Positions 25,030-39,753 are shown, counted from the first letter of the stretch. The stretch: 64,000 nucleotides of DNA from Antedon mediterranea (GCF_964355755.1 NC_092677.1:2626101-2690100), one strand, 5' to 3'. The notes: generated by a model not told the origin, from the letters alone. Translations and numbers: made by a program.

Positions 25030-28000
25030 TTATAATATGCTAGCGGCATTTGCTTGGTAGTTATCTGTGCTAATCTGGTCTAGGCCCAACTCTTCCATCT
25101 GTTCATGTGTCCTGGTGTATCTCCTTACTGTTAGTTCAGGGTCTTGCTCAGGTGCGTACAAGTTCTGTAATCAATGAATAAATAATTGGTGTTGAGTCGA
25201 GTTACCAAATAGACCAAGGCAATCTAACAACAAGACAATGAGCTCGCCTTGCCAAGATAGGAACATCATATCTTTGATCTTATGTCTGGTTGCGACAAAT
25301 AGCAACAATACTACTGCACTAGGTACATATTCTCTCTGCGTGCGGTGTATGTTAAGGGGACTGATCATGTCGCAGTCACAGATAAACCTTTTGATCTCTG
25401 GAGCTCAGCATCCTGTTTTTTGATTAACCAAGTCAGACTGTCCAATCTATAGTCATAATATCGGCACAGGTTCAAGATTCATCTCGAACATTGTTTTGGT
25501 GGTAGAACTTGGTTCACTAGGATAAAGACTTAAAAACTGGAGTGTACACAATCCACCCCGTGCCTTATTTGTACAGCGTAGGGCGTGACCATCTCAATGA
25601 CAACATTTTTTAATCATAAATATTAAGACTCACCTGCAGGTAGCTGTTACCAGCGGGGTCATCCAAGATAATGGAAACATTTGATTGGCCAGAAATAATC
25701 TAGAATAACAAAAGAGACATTATTGATCATCATGAAAAAATAAATGTGAACTGTCGTCAATACCTATAAGAGAGTCACAACAGTTCACTTCATTCAAACA
25801 ACTATGAAATTCAGATGACATTAAAGATATATTATCCCTGACAAAAAAACATTTTTGTTTTCAAATATTTTTTGGATATGCCATTTTAATGTCACTTTGA
25901 CCAAAAACTGGATCGAAAAAAAAACCTGTAATTTAAAGTAAAATATACTTTTTGGTTAAATTAACTGTTTCCTTTGTCTTTTTATAAGTGAAATAATTTT
26001 TTTGTTTATTACAGAAGTAGTAGCTCATAATTTCATTCTAGCTGTGAAAATGAAGTCTAGTGCGCACCTCAAGAGCAAAATCCCTGGATCTTCAAATACC
26101 CCAGGCCCAACCGTCAACCCCCACCCTAAACAACTAACTGAACAGCTTAACCAAACAACAACAGCATACCCCAGGCCCAACCCCCACCCTAAACAACTAA
26201 CTGAACAGCTTAACCAAACAACAACAGCATACCCCAGGCCCAACCCCCACCCTAAACAACTAACTGAACAGCTTAACCAAACAACAACAGCACAGTCATA
26301 CATTATCAGTATCTGAAAAGATCACTCACAAGAATCATAAAGAATGGAATTAATTCCTAAACTGTGGCAGCAACATTTAGAGAGGATTGAACTATTTGTT
26401 AATATTAGTAGTCTTAGTCTTTATGTGACATAAATGTGATGTGCCCATATATGCACATGATGATGTCATATCACTAACATATTTGGGCATACCACACTTT
26501 TGATAGTGTAGACAGAGCTTAAGGCGTCGATACTTAGTGTTTAGTTTGATTTCCTTTATGATTCAATTGTTTTATTTAACGCTTACCAAGTAGACTAGTG
26601 ACGCCCCGATGTTTGATTAATATTATCAGAAAAAATAAACAGAGACTAAGATATTAGTAGCTTTTAGTTAAATGCCTCATTAATGAGGTATACGACTCAA
26701 TTAAGATACCATGTCAACAACATTCTACTGCGGTTACTGGAGTAACTACATTCGGTTTACTCTTTAACCGGTTCTTGGAATTATTTAACAAGCATTTTTG
26801 ACTAATACTGCAGCGACAAATTAACTTCTATATTGAAATAAACTAAAATCATATGTTTATTGCATTAAACCAAAATGTGTTACTGCAGTAGAATTATTTT
26901 TAGTTTATCGCTAAAGCAAGAATCAAAGAAAAGCATGGAAAGTAGGTAAAAGTTGACAACTAGATATAATAGCTAGCAGCTACAGGCACAAATAATGCAA
27001 TGAATTAAATATGATTAGGGTATTGGTTACTAATGTGCTTAGATTGAAAGTTGATACAACAGAATAATACAAAAAATACTTTAATTATGTATGATCAATT
27101 AACAAGAACGATACAGAATGTCTGGAAATAAATGTGAACACAGACATTGGTAAGCATAATTTGTACACTTATTGGTTTTATCCTGCGACAATTGATTATT
27201 CTGAAACACAATCAGTCCATTCAAAGAAATCCAATTTCCATAAATCAAAATGAAAATTGTTACAATATTGTAATCTCAGAAAGAACTAAAATTTGAATTT
27301 TTCCCAAGAGGATCGTTTTAGAATAAAGTACACGATATAACAAGCAAACCTGCTGCACATGACAAAGTGGTGCATAGCAACATCTACTGTATGCTTTCAC
27401 CTATATTAATTTTCCACCTTTTTCAATTGTAATCTGTAAGCCAACCTTTCTTGTGGGACTTTCCTAGTCACGGACACTTTCTCATGAAACGGACCACAGG
27501 GAAATATGTTTTCAACACACCAGCAAACCCCTATTTAGGGGATACCCCCATTAAGGGGATACCCCTATTTAGGGGATACCCCCATTAAGGGGGCACTATA
27601 TTGGGTCCTGAAGGTGTCACCTTAATAGAGATTATACTGTATATTATTTTGATTTCAATATGAAATAAGCAGAGCGGCCGAGGTGGAAAAGTCAGAAGAC
27701 TATTCGCAGAACAGTGTTAAGTAGTATATGCATCATTTTACAAAACATACCTTGTCTAGTTTTTCCAAGAATTCTTTCATTTTTACATTATCCGACGGTT
27801 GTGAACTATCACCAAGCTTGAATGTATTGATCTGACTTAGCTGACCTTTGACATCGGTAAGAAGACCTTCTAATGTCGTAAACTTTCCGCCGAGTGTACC
27901 GCTGCAAAGCTCAAACTCCAACGACGGGATCTTCAACGTGCACGTCTCGGACTAATGACCAACAAACATAGTAACAGTTAATTATATATCATTCATGCTT

Positions 28001-31000
28001 GGTTTTCTTGTCAAAACTATTCTACAGTTACTGCAACTATATTTTGTTCACTCTTTCAACTGTTCATGTAAATATTTGACAAGATTTATTTTGACATTAC
28101 AGTTAAATGACTTTCTCATAAATTGAGGGGGAGGGGTAGGGAGAAGTTATGTGGAAAAATAATTCTGGAGAGGAAAAAAGGGAAATACGTAAGTTATAAT
28201 TAAGCAGTAAAAAAATCCTTTGATCTATAAATTACTTTTTGACTTTTATGATAGTTGATAGAGGAGATATGAAATTTACATTTATATAATTTACCATCGA
28301 GGAAACAACCGATTATTGATTTATATTTAACCTTTCAATAAATTGGAGCATTTTGCATTTTGTTAATTTGCATTTTCCGCATGCTGTATTTCATAACCAT
28401 CACCAAGTCTCAGTAAATAAATAGGGATCAAGTCAGAATTATACTACTGCAGTTACTGCAGTATAAGTACATTTCTTACTGCAGTAACGTATCATTTTAG
28501 TTTGTTACAATGTAGATGAGGAGTCGCTGCAATAAACAAAACAAAAGCTTGCTAAATAATTGAGTAAACAGGTTATTACAAAGTTTAAAAAATGTAGTTA
28601 TACTGCAGTAACTGCAGTAGAATAATTCTAACATTGTCCCTTAAATCAATAACATTTTTAATGACTTATTTATAGCTAAATTATTATAAAATTAATTCGT
28701 AATTAAATTAAACCATTTAAATTGAAAACAGAAAATGGTAAAACCATGGACCGCTATGAATTGAATGTAAATCAAATTTATAGGCCCATGATGAGTTTGA
28801 TTGCAATCTGGGAATTTTAAACCCACACAATGCGATATACATAATCCAATCTTAGTGCTTTGAACGATGATAAAATGATCAAAGAACCGGCGGGATTATT
28901 ACTCACGAATACATTCAACGACTCATTACCTTAAGTACGTCTCTGTTGAGGTCGATCGGGTCAGTGATATTCAGCGTGATTTCAGTTCCTTGAGGTTCAA
29001 TTCCTCCTCCAGCTTTCACCTCGTTTGATCTGTCTCCGCACGATTCGCAGTGAGACGCCATGATCACTACCTCTTTAAAATGAGGGATGTCTAATCGGTT
29101 TGTTAAGAAGAATTTAAAGGCTGTTGAAAGTTTATCAATAAAATCATAATTTAAAAGAGAAACTGATATACTAATTAAATAACGCATTATTCTAAATAAT
29201 AACATTAAAATTTAAATAATGCCATAAAATGTACATTTACTGTAAATAAAGGCAATCAAGATATTTCACGTTTTAAATAAATAAATGGTATTCATTTTTT
29301 GCCCAAAAAAGATAAACAAAAATCATGATTTTACTAATAAAAAAGACAAAATGAAACAACTAAATTCAACTATAAACAATGGGCTTCCAAATGGCTAGTT
29401 TCTTTTCTAATTCGTTTCAAATCCAATTTTTTGTCAAAGTGAAAAACTATATTTTGTGGAATTAAAATGCCATATTCAACATTTTTTCAGGGGGACAAAG
29501 TTTAAATGGTTTTTCACTTTCACAAACTGTACTTTTAACATTTCCATTTCAGCATTATTTCTGGCAAATTTTAATATGAAAATTATACATACATAATTAT
29601 CATATTTAATACATTAGAGAATTCTATTGAATATATTTTATGCATAAAATAAGTTATTTGTATTCAGAAAGAAGATGCCATCTGTTTATTTAGTCCAGCG
29701 ATTAACAATTCATGTGTATCTCTTGCAATAAAAATATAACCATAGATTAATGGCTAGGTAACCATGGCAGCACAACAAAGCTCTATTATTACAATTATTG
29801 AAAGAAATGTAATAAAAGTGTTCATTTACTAAAACTAAATAATCTAAAAATGTTAGCTTATAGTTCTCTGTATCTAAAGAGGCCTGAATATAGGAATGGG
29901 TTCAAGGTTGACTTGCTCCTAGTTCTGGTGGTGAAACAAGTCTTCTTGGATAATGCTATAAACCGTAGGATCAGTGTACACAGTTTGCCCCTGTATACTT
30001 TAAAGAACCCAGTTCATCATTTGCGACGGTAAAAGGTTACCTGGGTGAACTGGTTCACAAAATAGCCCCTGATAGGACAGTGATTAATTAATTTACTTGG
30101 TAATCCTTCAAATACAAAATAAAATAAGAAACGTTGAATTAAAAAATGTATACCTGAAAAATATATTATGTCATTTGAATATTTAATATTTTATGTGTTT
30201 TACTGTATGTATGTTTTATCGAGGGCCCTAAATGATCAGTTCCATTAGGAAATGGATAGGCTACCCTCAGTTAAGAAGGTAATAAATAAATAAAATAAAT
30301 AAAACAATAGAAATTGAAAGAAAAAGAAATAGTCAACTGGAAGACTGGTTTAATTAACCCATTAATTTTTTCTTTTTATAAATGACATCATTAATTTGTT
30401 TTCTGCAGAAGTAAAAAACGTCAAAGTTTTAAAATACACTTGTTATCACCCAAAAAGTTACAGAAATTGTTTTTAAACTAATGTTATGATAGTATGTGAA
30501 GTGCCGCCGATTATGAGCTTACCATAGAAATGGGCAATATAGTTAATGTTAATATAACTGTATATATGTTTATAACATAATAGCACTAAGCCACAATCTG
30601 TTCCTCTATCTATTCCACACGTCCGATACTAGCGCTGTTTGAGCTGGAGCACCTTTTAATTTGTACGAAAAATGTGTTTTTTGGACAAATTTCTTTTCAA
30701 CCAAATTCTGGGTTCGGTAATTCTCGGCCATTTTGCACGGGCAACGGCTAGTGTTTATAGAACCTCCATATTTTGTTCTGTATTTCTTCTTAAGATAGTT
30801 TGCGTACCATGGAATGCAATTACTGTATGTACTCAACTGATTTATTAAATTGGATGCCATCAAACATCACAAGTACAAATTAATGACACTTTGAGTTAAA
30901 CACGGAATTAATGATAAACCAGTATACAAAACAAGGTGAAAAGTTTAATGAATAAAATCTGTATCTGTAACTAGGCACTTTTCAAATCCCTGTATATATT

Positions 31001-34000
31001 TTATATAAAATTAACGGCATCGAGAAACGCCGAGACAAGTCTTTAATTAATAGATGTTTGAAGATGACGAAATCTGTGATAATGAGAAAAAATTCTCTTT
31101 AGGAAAATTGATTGTAAAATTAAAGTAAAATTAGATTCAGAATAAACATGAAGAATTTGATTGAGTATAAAATATGTAATAATTCCCTAATAATATACAA
31201 TTATTCACTTTTTCCATTTTTTTTATATTATTTATTGATTTAAATATAATTTAAATTTATTACAACTCATCGTTTTATTGATATCCATATATCAAAATTC
31301 AATATATGCCCGTTGGATTAAAGACTTAAAGAAACAATATATTATACTGACTGGCTCTGACCTACTTACTTGGAGTTTATGGTTGAACGTAAATGAATGG
31401 ATGAGTACCGAAATAATTATAAGAATAAATGGATGAAAAACATGATGTATATGGATGTTTGAAAAACAAATCAAATTATTAAAATGTATACCTTATGGCA
31501 TTTAATCTACATGGCTTTTTAGCAGCCAACATCTTCTCTGTACTCAGCTTTCCAAGATTTTTGTAAATGGAGCCTTAGAGATGGAATACAACTGTCAGGA
31601 GAGAGATAGAGCTCCCAGGGTGTGGGGGGAGGAGGGAGATAGAGCTCCCAGGGTGGGGGGGGAGAGGGAGATAGAGCTCCCAGGGTGGGGGGGGGGGGGG
31701 AGGGAGATAGAGTTCCCGGGAGAGAGATAGAGCTCCCAGAAGAGATTGTAGAGTTCCCAGGAGAAGGATAGAGCTCCCAGGAGAGAGATAGACCTTTCAG
31801 GAGATAGGATAGAGTTCCAGATAACTGCCAGAAGAGGAAATCTCCTTGGAGAGGGAAGTTCTGAGAAGAGAAAAAGTCCCTAGCAAGGGAATTAGCTCCC
31901 AGGTGAGGGAACTCGCTGGAGAGGGAAAGTAGTTAATGAGGTGCCATGATTATGTGGCATCAGAAATAAAATACATATACAGTAAAGGATACTGACAAGT
32001 TTCATGTGCGTCTCCAGAGGTGAATTGCATTTACCGCAATTTGACTGAAACGACAGCACTTCCTGCTTCAAATCATCGGCGCCCTCACCTTCTCCTTCGT
32101 CTTCCTCTACTATACCTTCATCGTCTTCAGCCTGTAATTATAGACAATGTGGAGTAGAAAAATCACTTAGTGTTAAAACTTACAGAGTAGAAAAATCACT
32201 TAATGTTAAAACTTACAGAGTAGAAAAATTACTTAATGTTAAAACTTACTTTTCAAAATAAATTGAACTATGTATATTACAATGTTCAAGCATACGAAGT
32301 TGATGTAAATTGTGTTTTACATTTATCATTCAATGTTCTTTGTAAATGTCATTCCCCATCGATAATGTTATAATAATATTATTTAATCTGTACTATAAGA
32401 GAGTGAGTCTGAATGTTTCTTACAAACTGATGAACGGGGATGCGACTGGGTGAAGGGCAATAACAGCCAGGGGGCGCTTGCTATGTTTGTATTGCATTGA
32501 TAAAACAAGATGAACCATTGCACTGAATCATGTTGAAAGATGTGATGAAATGAGACAAAAAAACAAAAAATCTTATCTTGTCTTCAAAAATTGTTTTCAT
32601 CTAGTTTTGTATTAATTATCCGTATACAATTCTTTATGTATATAATCAGCTAATTTCACCTGAAAAACCGAAGAACTTTGGCAAATCGCAGAATCAGCTT
32701 GCCAGTAGCAGAGCTACTCCTAGCAACCACTAACATCCAGTCATTGCCAGATGAAGACTTGTTGACGTGACAACAAGTGAAATGTCGCCCACGTACGCAT
32801 TTAATTACTGTTTTAACGTAAATAATTGCTTACAGATGTCTTATCTTATTATAGTGTTGTATACAGAACAATTAGTTTACAAGTGAAGCAGGCCAGTAGA
32901 AAGAAAGTCATAGATTTACTTTAAAAACAACTACTCTAATTAATTATCATAATAGTCTACTTTAAATACCATATTTCAAATTTACGATCTGGCTTGGGCT
33001 TGTTTGTTTTATTGCAAACATCTCCAACTCTATATCATCAGGCCCTCTAGAGGGCATATATATCTTAAACACAACTGCAAATTAATAATCATTGAATACT
33101 TAGTTTTTCCCACAATGCAATCAAATACTTGATTAAAACTGTAATGATGTACATTTGACCTATACCTGACCTCTTAGTTATGATTAATGAAAGATCGAAA
33201 AGATATTAAGTAGATAAATGCAATATCAATTAAAGAAAAAAGTTAAAACAGTTATTAATCTTCAAATGCAATGTCATTTTTCAATATTAGACAAGGTTCA
33301 ATCGGTTCTCGGAAAAAATCTGTAACCTTCAAAAAAGATAAATAAAACTTCTAGAGAGTGAACTATCCAACACTAACGTGATGTAAACGGGGAGGAACTC
33401 CTCAAAATGGCTGCCGTGTATCTGGAGAGCCTCACTCGGTGTAATAAAAGCTCTCAATCACCAATTCTAATGATTTATGACTCCTTTATCACTGATGTCC
33501 AGTGGCACAAGGCCACCTAGAAACTGTACTAATATGAAAATAAAAATATAAAATATTTTAAAAACTAATTTCAGAAAATATATTTCTTTTAAATACCGTA
33601 CCGCAGCGTTTATAAAATCATCTCTATTATTAATGGAATGATTTCTTGGTATTAGATTTTGCATTTGAGGATTACATAAGAATAATGTTCTTGCACTGAA
33701 CATTCTGCAATGAGTAGAATTGCGTGACTAAGTAGGAGGGCGTGATTTCATATGACTGGCATATCTGATTGGCCAATTGGAGCCGACAATCTCAATATAC
33801 CCCAGGGCTCTCTCCGCTTTTTATAATTTCATTTCACTCTGCATCCACTTGTAAAATAAATTTACTTCGCCACAATCAATGTAAAAAATAAATGTAAATT
33901 GAAAAGTAAGTAAAATGTTTTAGTATTCTAGTCGTTTTGAATACAAGATTTATGGAAATTAAGGAATATATTGCTTTTTATATTATTGAAAGCCCCTGAG

Positions 34001-37000
34001 GATCAGCAGAATTTATCCTACAGATAAATAATTATTTAAATTCAATAAGAATTTTTTCTTGGTGATATACATCGGATGTTGTCAACCAAAGGTGGATTTA
34101 ATATAAGACAAATCTGCCAACTGGGCAAAGTAATAAGAAACATAAAATGGACAAAAAAAACACCACAAAACACAGACAGACAAGCCACAAGCGGAGTTAT
34201 AAAACTACACAATCAAAGATCACTAAGGTATGGATATATGTTAAGACTTTCCAAAGAAAACGATAAACAGAAAGGGAGCTATTGGGAGAGGATTGGAAGA
34301 AAATTGTAAAAGTAAAAACATAAAAACCATCTTGTCCATTAAAGAAAAATGCAAAGGGGTCATGACGTAAGACTAGGGGTCATGTCGCAAGATGAGGGGT
34401 CATGTCGCAAGACAAGGGGTCATGTCCCAAGACGAGGGGTCATGATGAACTGATGATGATAATTATGAATATCAAGTTTTTCATTCCCAAATATTGAAGT
34501 TCAAAAAGTATATGCTTAGATGATGAACTTTAGTTTGTCTCAAAGGTCAAAGTTGAAATACAAATTGCTGTACGAACTCTAAACAACCTCTAATAATATT
34601 GTGCCAGGATCTAATCATTTTCAAAAAGCATACAGGCTGTATATAGTATTGTCTCTCTCAGATGGCATCATGTCATAATGAAGCTTATAAAATATTATTT
34701 TTGTTTCTGATTAGAATTCCTATTCTTATCCTTAATTCACAGAAGACTACTTAAATACTAATTAAGTATGTACTTACTATTAGGCTGAAATATTGATTTT
34801 TTTTTCTGTTTAATTAATGACTTTGCTAAATTCTAATTTATATCAATATTTGATTGTACACGGTGGACGTTTTTAATAACAATATGAATAAATACATACT
34901 AAAATCAAATTAAACATTTTAATGGATGAATATGAATAAAAGAGTTTGTAGGGTATGTCACAAACAGAAAATACAATACTACGTTGACCAATCACAAGCT
35001 ACATTTCAGATGAACCATCGTTTCGTGATTGGTCAGATTAGTTATGGCTGGCTTCAGGCCTTGCATTGCATCTTAAAGTGGGAACACGCTTTACTTATTT
35101 AAGAACTGTTTCTGTTTTGTGTATTGTTTTGTTTATTGTTTGTTTATTGTTTGTTTATTGTTTGTGTATTGTTTTGTTTATTGTTTGTTTATTGTTTGTT
35201 TTTTGTTTGTGTATTGTTTGTTTATTGTTTGTGTATTGTTTTGTTTATTGTTTGTTTATTGTTTGTGTATTCTTTTGTTTATTGTTTGTGTATTCTTTGT
35301 TTATTGTTTGTGTATTGTTTGTTTATTGTTTGTGTATTGTTTTGTGTATTGTTTTGTTTATTGTTTGTTTATTGTGTGTGTATTCTTTTGTTTATTGTTT
35401 GTGTATTGTTTGTTATTTGTTTATTGTTTTGTTTATTGTATTGTTTTGTAATTTTAATGTTCTGTACCTCTCCATTTCTGGAGGTTTTTTTGAAAATTCA
35501 AAGATTTACAGGGTATTATGTTTGGCATATACGAAAAAAACTTACAACCAATCCAAGTTGAATGTTCTGTTGTCGTGTTCGTGTATAGTTTGTGGTTGTC
35601 AACTGCGAGTCCTTTGCGGGGGCTTCTGGGTTTTCTATGTAACTATTACCTGTGACATCATCCAATATCTAGCCAAGGAAAATAAAATATTTAAAAATTC
35701 AGTGCAAAATAGCAAATAGCTGTCGATTGGCATAGCAACTAGTAAAAGTGCTATGATGAGAAAGTACTTACCATTTCAAAAGGTGGTTTAAGATTTTGTA
35801 ATCTATCGATAAAATCTTGAATTTTGATGGCTGTATCGGGATCTAAAGACTACAGATATAAACAAAACACTTATTGTAAAATTGATTGATTCGTATAAAT
35901 TACAACATCATAGGAGGCGCTATATAAGCCAGGGGGGTGAGGGGGGTGAGGGGGATGTCCAGAATTGGGAGATTTGACTGTACACTAATCAGCATCCTCC
36001 AAAGTGGTTGATGCACAGTAGCACCTCACCTTTCTAAGTGGTTGATCTTGTTCAAGTCCATCTATTGTCCTTGTAACCATTCCCTCAATAGTTGTTAAAA
36101 CTACAAAATAAAAACGTTAAATAGAACATTTTAATAAAACAGAATTAAATATTAACCTTTAGGATGTTTCTTAAATATTGACATCAAATCGATGAATGTT
36201 ATAATAATATTCACATGACGCAAATGATACATATACATAATAATTTCTATTTAAACATGCAAATTTTAACAATGGATCAAAAGTAATTATCAACAGACAT
36301 ATGTGTTTTCAATGTGTAACTTTTCTAGTTAAAATTTACTGAGATCGATAAATGTGTGTCTGTGAAGACTAGAACAGTGTAATAATATATACAGTAATTT
36401 TGTTACATTGTATATTGGAAAAGTACAATATGCAATGTGCAATACACAGTTTAAAGCTCTGTCTACACTATCAAACAAGTTTAACAAATAAGTCAAAATA
36501 AAATGGCAGTGATATGCTCAAATATGGTAGTGATATGACATGTCCATATATGGGCACATCACATTGTGTTTTTACATATAGTTTGACAGTGTAGACAGAG
36601 CTTAAAGCTTTTTCTATTGCAAACATCCATATAGGCTACTGGGATTTTAAAACTAAATTTGAAAGCCATCTTGAGAAGGCATGCTTTGTGGGTGGGGATA
36701 ACATTCCTAGTGCATTCATTCTTGTATTTAATAAACAAAATGAGAATCATACACTTTACAGTCTGATTCAAAACACTTAGTATTATCAAAATATTTATTC
36801 TGCATATTTATAAAGAATTAAGTGTAGATTTGCATTCATAATACCTCCTTTTTGGGTATTAGAAGGAATTTCAAAGTCTAAGTCAGGAATTGATACAGTC
36901 GCCGCGTCTGATTTCACAACTTGACGGTTCATATCCTGCAAAAGATAATAAGAGTATTTAAGTCAATCTACCAGGAATGAAATGCTTCTAAATTAGATTG

Positions 37001-39753
37001 CAATAGTTTTAATGAATTTATTAAGTTTTTGACTTAAGTCAAGCTTTCAGCCTTGACTTACTGTAAGCCTTGTTAAGTTTTTATTTAATTCTGGTTTAAG
37101 TCTTAACTTTAGTCTCAACTTAAGTCAGGTTTTCAGCCTTGACTTAAGTCTGGTTTAAGGTTCAACTTAAGTTTGGTTTAAGTCTCGACTTCAGACTGGT
37201 TTTATGTTTGACTGGAGTCTTGATCTTTCTTAACATAAGTCTAGTTTTAAGTCTTGACTTAAGTCTGGTTGAAACTTAACTTTACATAAGTCTGGGTTTT
37301 AAATTAAGTTGATTTTTTTTAAGAGTTCAGTTTCAGAAGTTGTATATAGATTGATGTTTATTCCAAGGCTTGAATTCAATAAATCACATTTTTTACAACA
37401 TTCACTAGGAATATTGCCCAGAAGGGTATTGGTTAATGTTTTACTTGAATATTGAATTGACGATACATACATACATACATGATGCGATATTCCCTAGTGT
37501 GATATTCAATTTGAATACAAATGTGTAATTATAATGCATTGATACCATGTAAGCAAAAGAATCCTCCAACATACTATTTTCATGTCACATTTAGAGTTAT
37601 GCATCCACTCCATAAAATTATGATAGATTACAAATATGATAATGTTACCTACAGTATGACGTAAAGTAATCTCTTAAATACTGTAGACCAAAGTGTACCA
37701 ACCATTCTCTTCATTTAGTTAGAAATGATTTCTCTAAACAAGGGTGTTTCTTTTCCTCTCTCCATTCAAAGACTGTTAGCTAGAGAGCACATTGTGACAA
37801 GTGACATTTCACACATAAATTTACAATCCATTAAAAATTGAAAATTAAAAATTGATTCATAAAAAAAAAATAATTAGTTTTAACACATCAGGAAAGATTA
37901 AAAGGTTAGGTCTAACAGTTTTCCTTTTAAGTGTGGTATGTATGAACATATTTGACCTATTTACATTGCTTCTAAAGTGTGCTAAAAGATTATGAAATAA
38001 CCTAACCAAATACTGTATATACTGTAATATAGTATATGAATCCAGCTTCATAAGTAAGCCCATGGGGTACACAACTATAAAGTCGACAATCTACAACTTC
38101 ATGAAATTGTTTAAAGCTCTGTCTACACTATCAAACTAGTGCGAGGTGCCCATGGTAGTGATATGCCTAGATATGGTAGTGATATGACATCATCATGTCC
38201 ATATATGGGCACATCACATATTTTTTTGTCACATAAAATTTGATAGTGTAGAGAGAGCTTCATTTAGTTTTGCCCTTTTTGTTTGTGAACAATTTTAGTT
38301 TTCTTTCACAAAAGTTTTTGCCGAGTGCATAGATACATCGTTTATTTGCGCTATATAAATCTACTGTATCTATTATTATTATATTATAATATGGTTCTGG
38401 TGGTAGAACGAGTCTTCTCGGATAAGGACTATAAAACGTAGGTCCAGTGTACACATCTAGCTCGTGTGCACTTTAAAGAACCTAGTACATCTTTCGAGAC
38501 GAGTAGGGGGTTACCCCGGTGTATTAGTACATCACAGCCACTGATCACCAACTGGGCCCTCTGGGAGACCAGTCTTTGACTGAAGAGGTTACCCAGTATA
38601 AATATATATTTCAATTCAATTCAATTCAATTATTTAAAAGCGGTAAAATGTAGCTTTTCAGTATCATAGTTACCCTTTCATTTTGGACCATCAACTTCAA
38701 GGTGACCCCCTTATCCTGAATCATGCCCCCTGGCTGAATCTCATTGTTCTTAAAGCCACAGTGTTCGCACTCAAATGACATTAGTATGACCTCTTTGTAG
38801 TGAGGTATCTTGGTCAGCAAAATTTGTGTAATTCCCTACAAACAAAACAACAAATTGAAAAACAATGCATTTAATATATTTTTCGTTCACTATCCATACT
38901 GTAGATGAGGCATCAGTGATTTGTTTTCAGTTATGCACTTGTCAATTGTATGACCCACTATACGACCCCCGGGAGAGGTGCGTCATGGGTGCGTCATTTA
39001 CAAATAATTACTGACACAGGGGTGCGTCAAAAAACCTAGATGGTACGTCACATCAATGAACAAGGTGTGTCAATGTCCGTCACTTTACCACCCACCATAT
39101 CATAAACAACATGGTCACAGTGCGTCAAAATGGGTGCGTCAAAATGGGTGCGTCAAAATGGGTGCGTCATGGTCACTTAAAGTTAAGTCACCTTTTTGAC
39201 GCACGGGTGCGTCATGGTATTCAAAAGTATGACGCACATCGGACAAATGACGCACCTCTCCCGGGGGTCGTATAGTGGGTCATACAATTGACAAGTGCAT
39301 TACATAGAGATGAAAAACATGAAACAAGCAATTAGATAGAACCCAACAAATAAATACTAGTATTTTGTTCAAATTGCTTATGCAAATTGTACAAAAAATA
39401 ATTCTTGCACGATTGTTTCAAATCAAGCATAATCAAATATATCATTATAAATAATAATAAAAGAGCATGACATGAGATATTATACTACCTACTACTTATT
39501 ATACTAATAGTAATACAGGCCTAGGCCTAGACTGAGTATACACCAGAGGTAGAGGTGTAGGAGGCCAGGCTATCTAGTCAAGCAATTCATCATTCATGCA
39601 TGCAACCATTCAACTTTAAAAAACAAATACTGTACACAAACATACATTTTCTTCGCAATTCACACACAGACTTTCAATTTTGCTTGACTCTTGGTCTTCC
39701 TCGGGATTCAAGTCGACAAACAGTGGTTTGTTCCCATACGATTGTTCCGTCAT
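25030..39753 (-). CDS. ZPR1: Zinc finger protein ZPR1, 444 aa
   Basis: Exons 39646-39753, 38674-38835, 36845-36935, 36030-36100, 35772-35849, 35546-35668, 31993-32131, 28930-29090, 27751-27951, 25634-25699, 25030-25164 (1335 nt, phase-consistent). Two C4 fingers (ESLCVNC...[25 protein letters not shown]; SNCGKC...[25 protein letters not shown]) and A/B domains ([27 protein letters not shown]). Confidence 0.97.
26097..26290. repeat. 63-bp tandem repeat x3
   Basis: ATACCCCAGGCCCAACCCCCACCCTAAACAACTAACTGAACAGCTTAACCAAACAACAACAGC repeated, inside a ZPR1 intron. Confidence 0.92.
28433..28633. mobile_element. MITE family B with ACTGCAGT-repeat TIRs
   Basis: AGAATTATACTACTGCAGTTACTGCAGTA ... TACTGCAGTAACTGCAGTAGAATAATTCT. 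Related copies or fragments at ~24763-24940, ~26722-26898, ~28012, ~43490, ~44990, ~47150. Confidence 0.75.
29091..31992 (-). other. U12-type (minor spliceosome) GT-AG intron 7 of ZPR1
   Basis: Donor GTATCCTTT (31992-31984); branch site TTCTTAAC (29109-29102) about 10 nt before the AG, with no polypyrimidine tract; phase 1. Confidence 0.92.
31596..31830. repeat. Degenerate GA/G-rich minisatellite (GGAGATAGAGCTCCCAGG core)
   Basis: Core repeated about 8 times, with poly-G runs between the first copies. Confidence 0.8.
35112..35450. repeat. Low-complexity (TTTGTTTATTG)n-like simple repeat
   Basis: 11-12-bp TG-rich units that produce stop-free ORFs in all three + frames. Confidence 0.95.
37020..37300. 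repeat. Degenerate repeat of the palindromic GACTTAAGTC core
   Basis: GACTTAAGTC/ACTTAAGT recurs about 8 times with TTTCAGCCTT or TGGTTTAAG spacers. Confidence 0.7.
38393..38630 (+). mobile_element. SINE with a Deu-domain-like core (5'-truncated copy)
   Basis: CTCGGATAAGGACTATAAAACGTAGGTCC...TTAAAGAACC...GAGTAGGGGGTTACCCCGGTGT and a (TTCAA)n tail. Related copies at ~29860-30070 (+), ~25480-25590 (+, decayed), ~44700-44900 (-). The Deu assignment is from recalled consensus. Confidence 0.7.
38934..39299. mobile_element. Harbinger-type MITE in ZPR1 intron 1, rich in TGCGTCA motifs
   Basis: ~53-bp perfect TIR TGCACTTGTCAATTGTATGACCCACTATACGACCCCCGGGAGAGGTGCGTCAT; TTA TSD at 38931-38933 and 39300-39302. 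Confidence 0.9.

Noticed and set aside
26002-26316. ORFs on both strands with 21-aa repeats
   Set aside because: A 63-bp tandem repeat in a ZPR1 intron; the ZPR1 model is complete without it.
34076-34309. Possible RTE LINE remnant ([11 protein letters not shown])
   Set aside because: Too short and degenerate to support without an alignment.
35066-35719. Three overlapping hydrophobic Cys/Val/Phe-rich ORFs
   Set aside because: Artefact of a TG-rich simple repeat; the distal part is antisense to ZPR1 exon 6.
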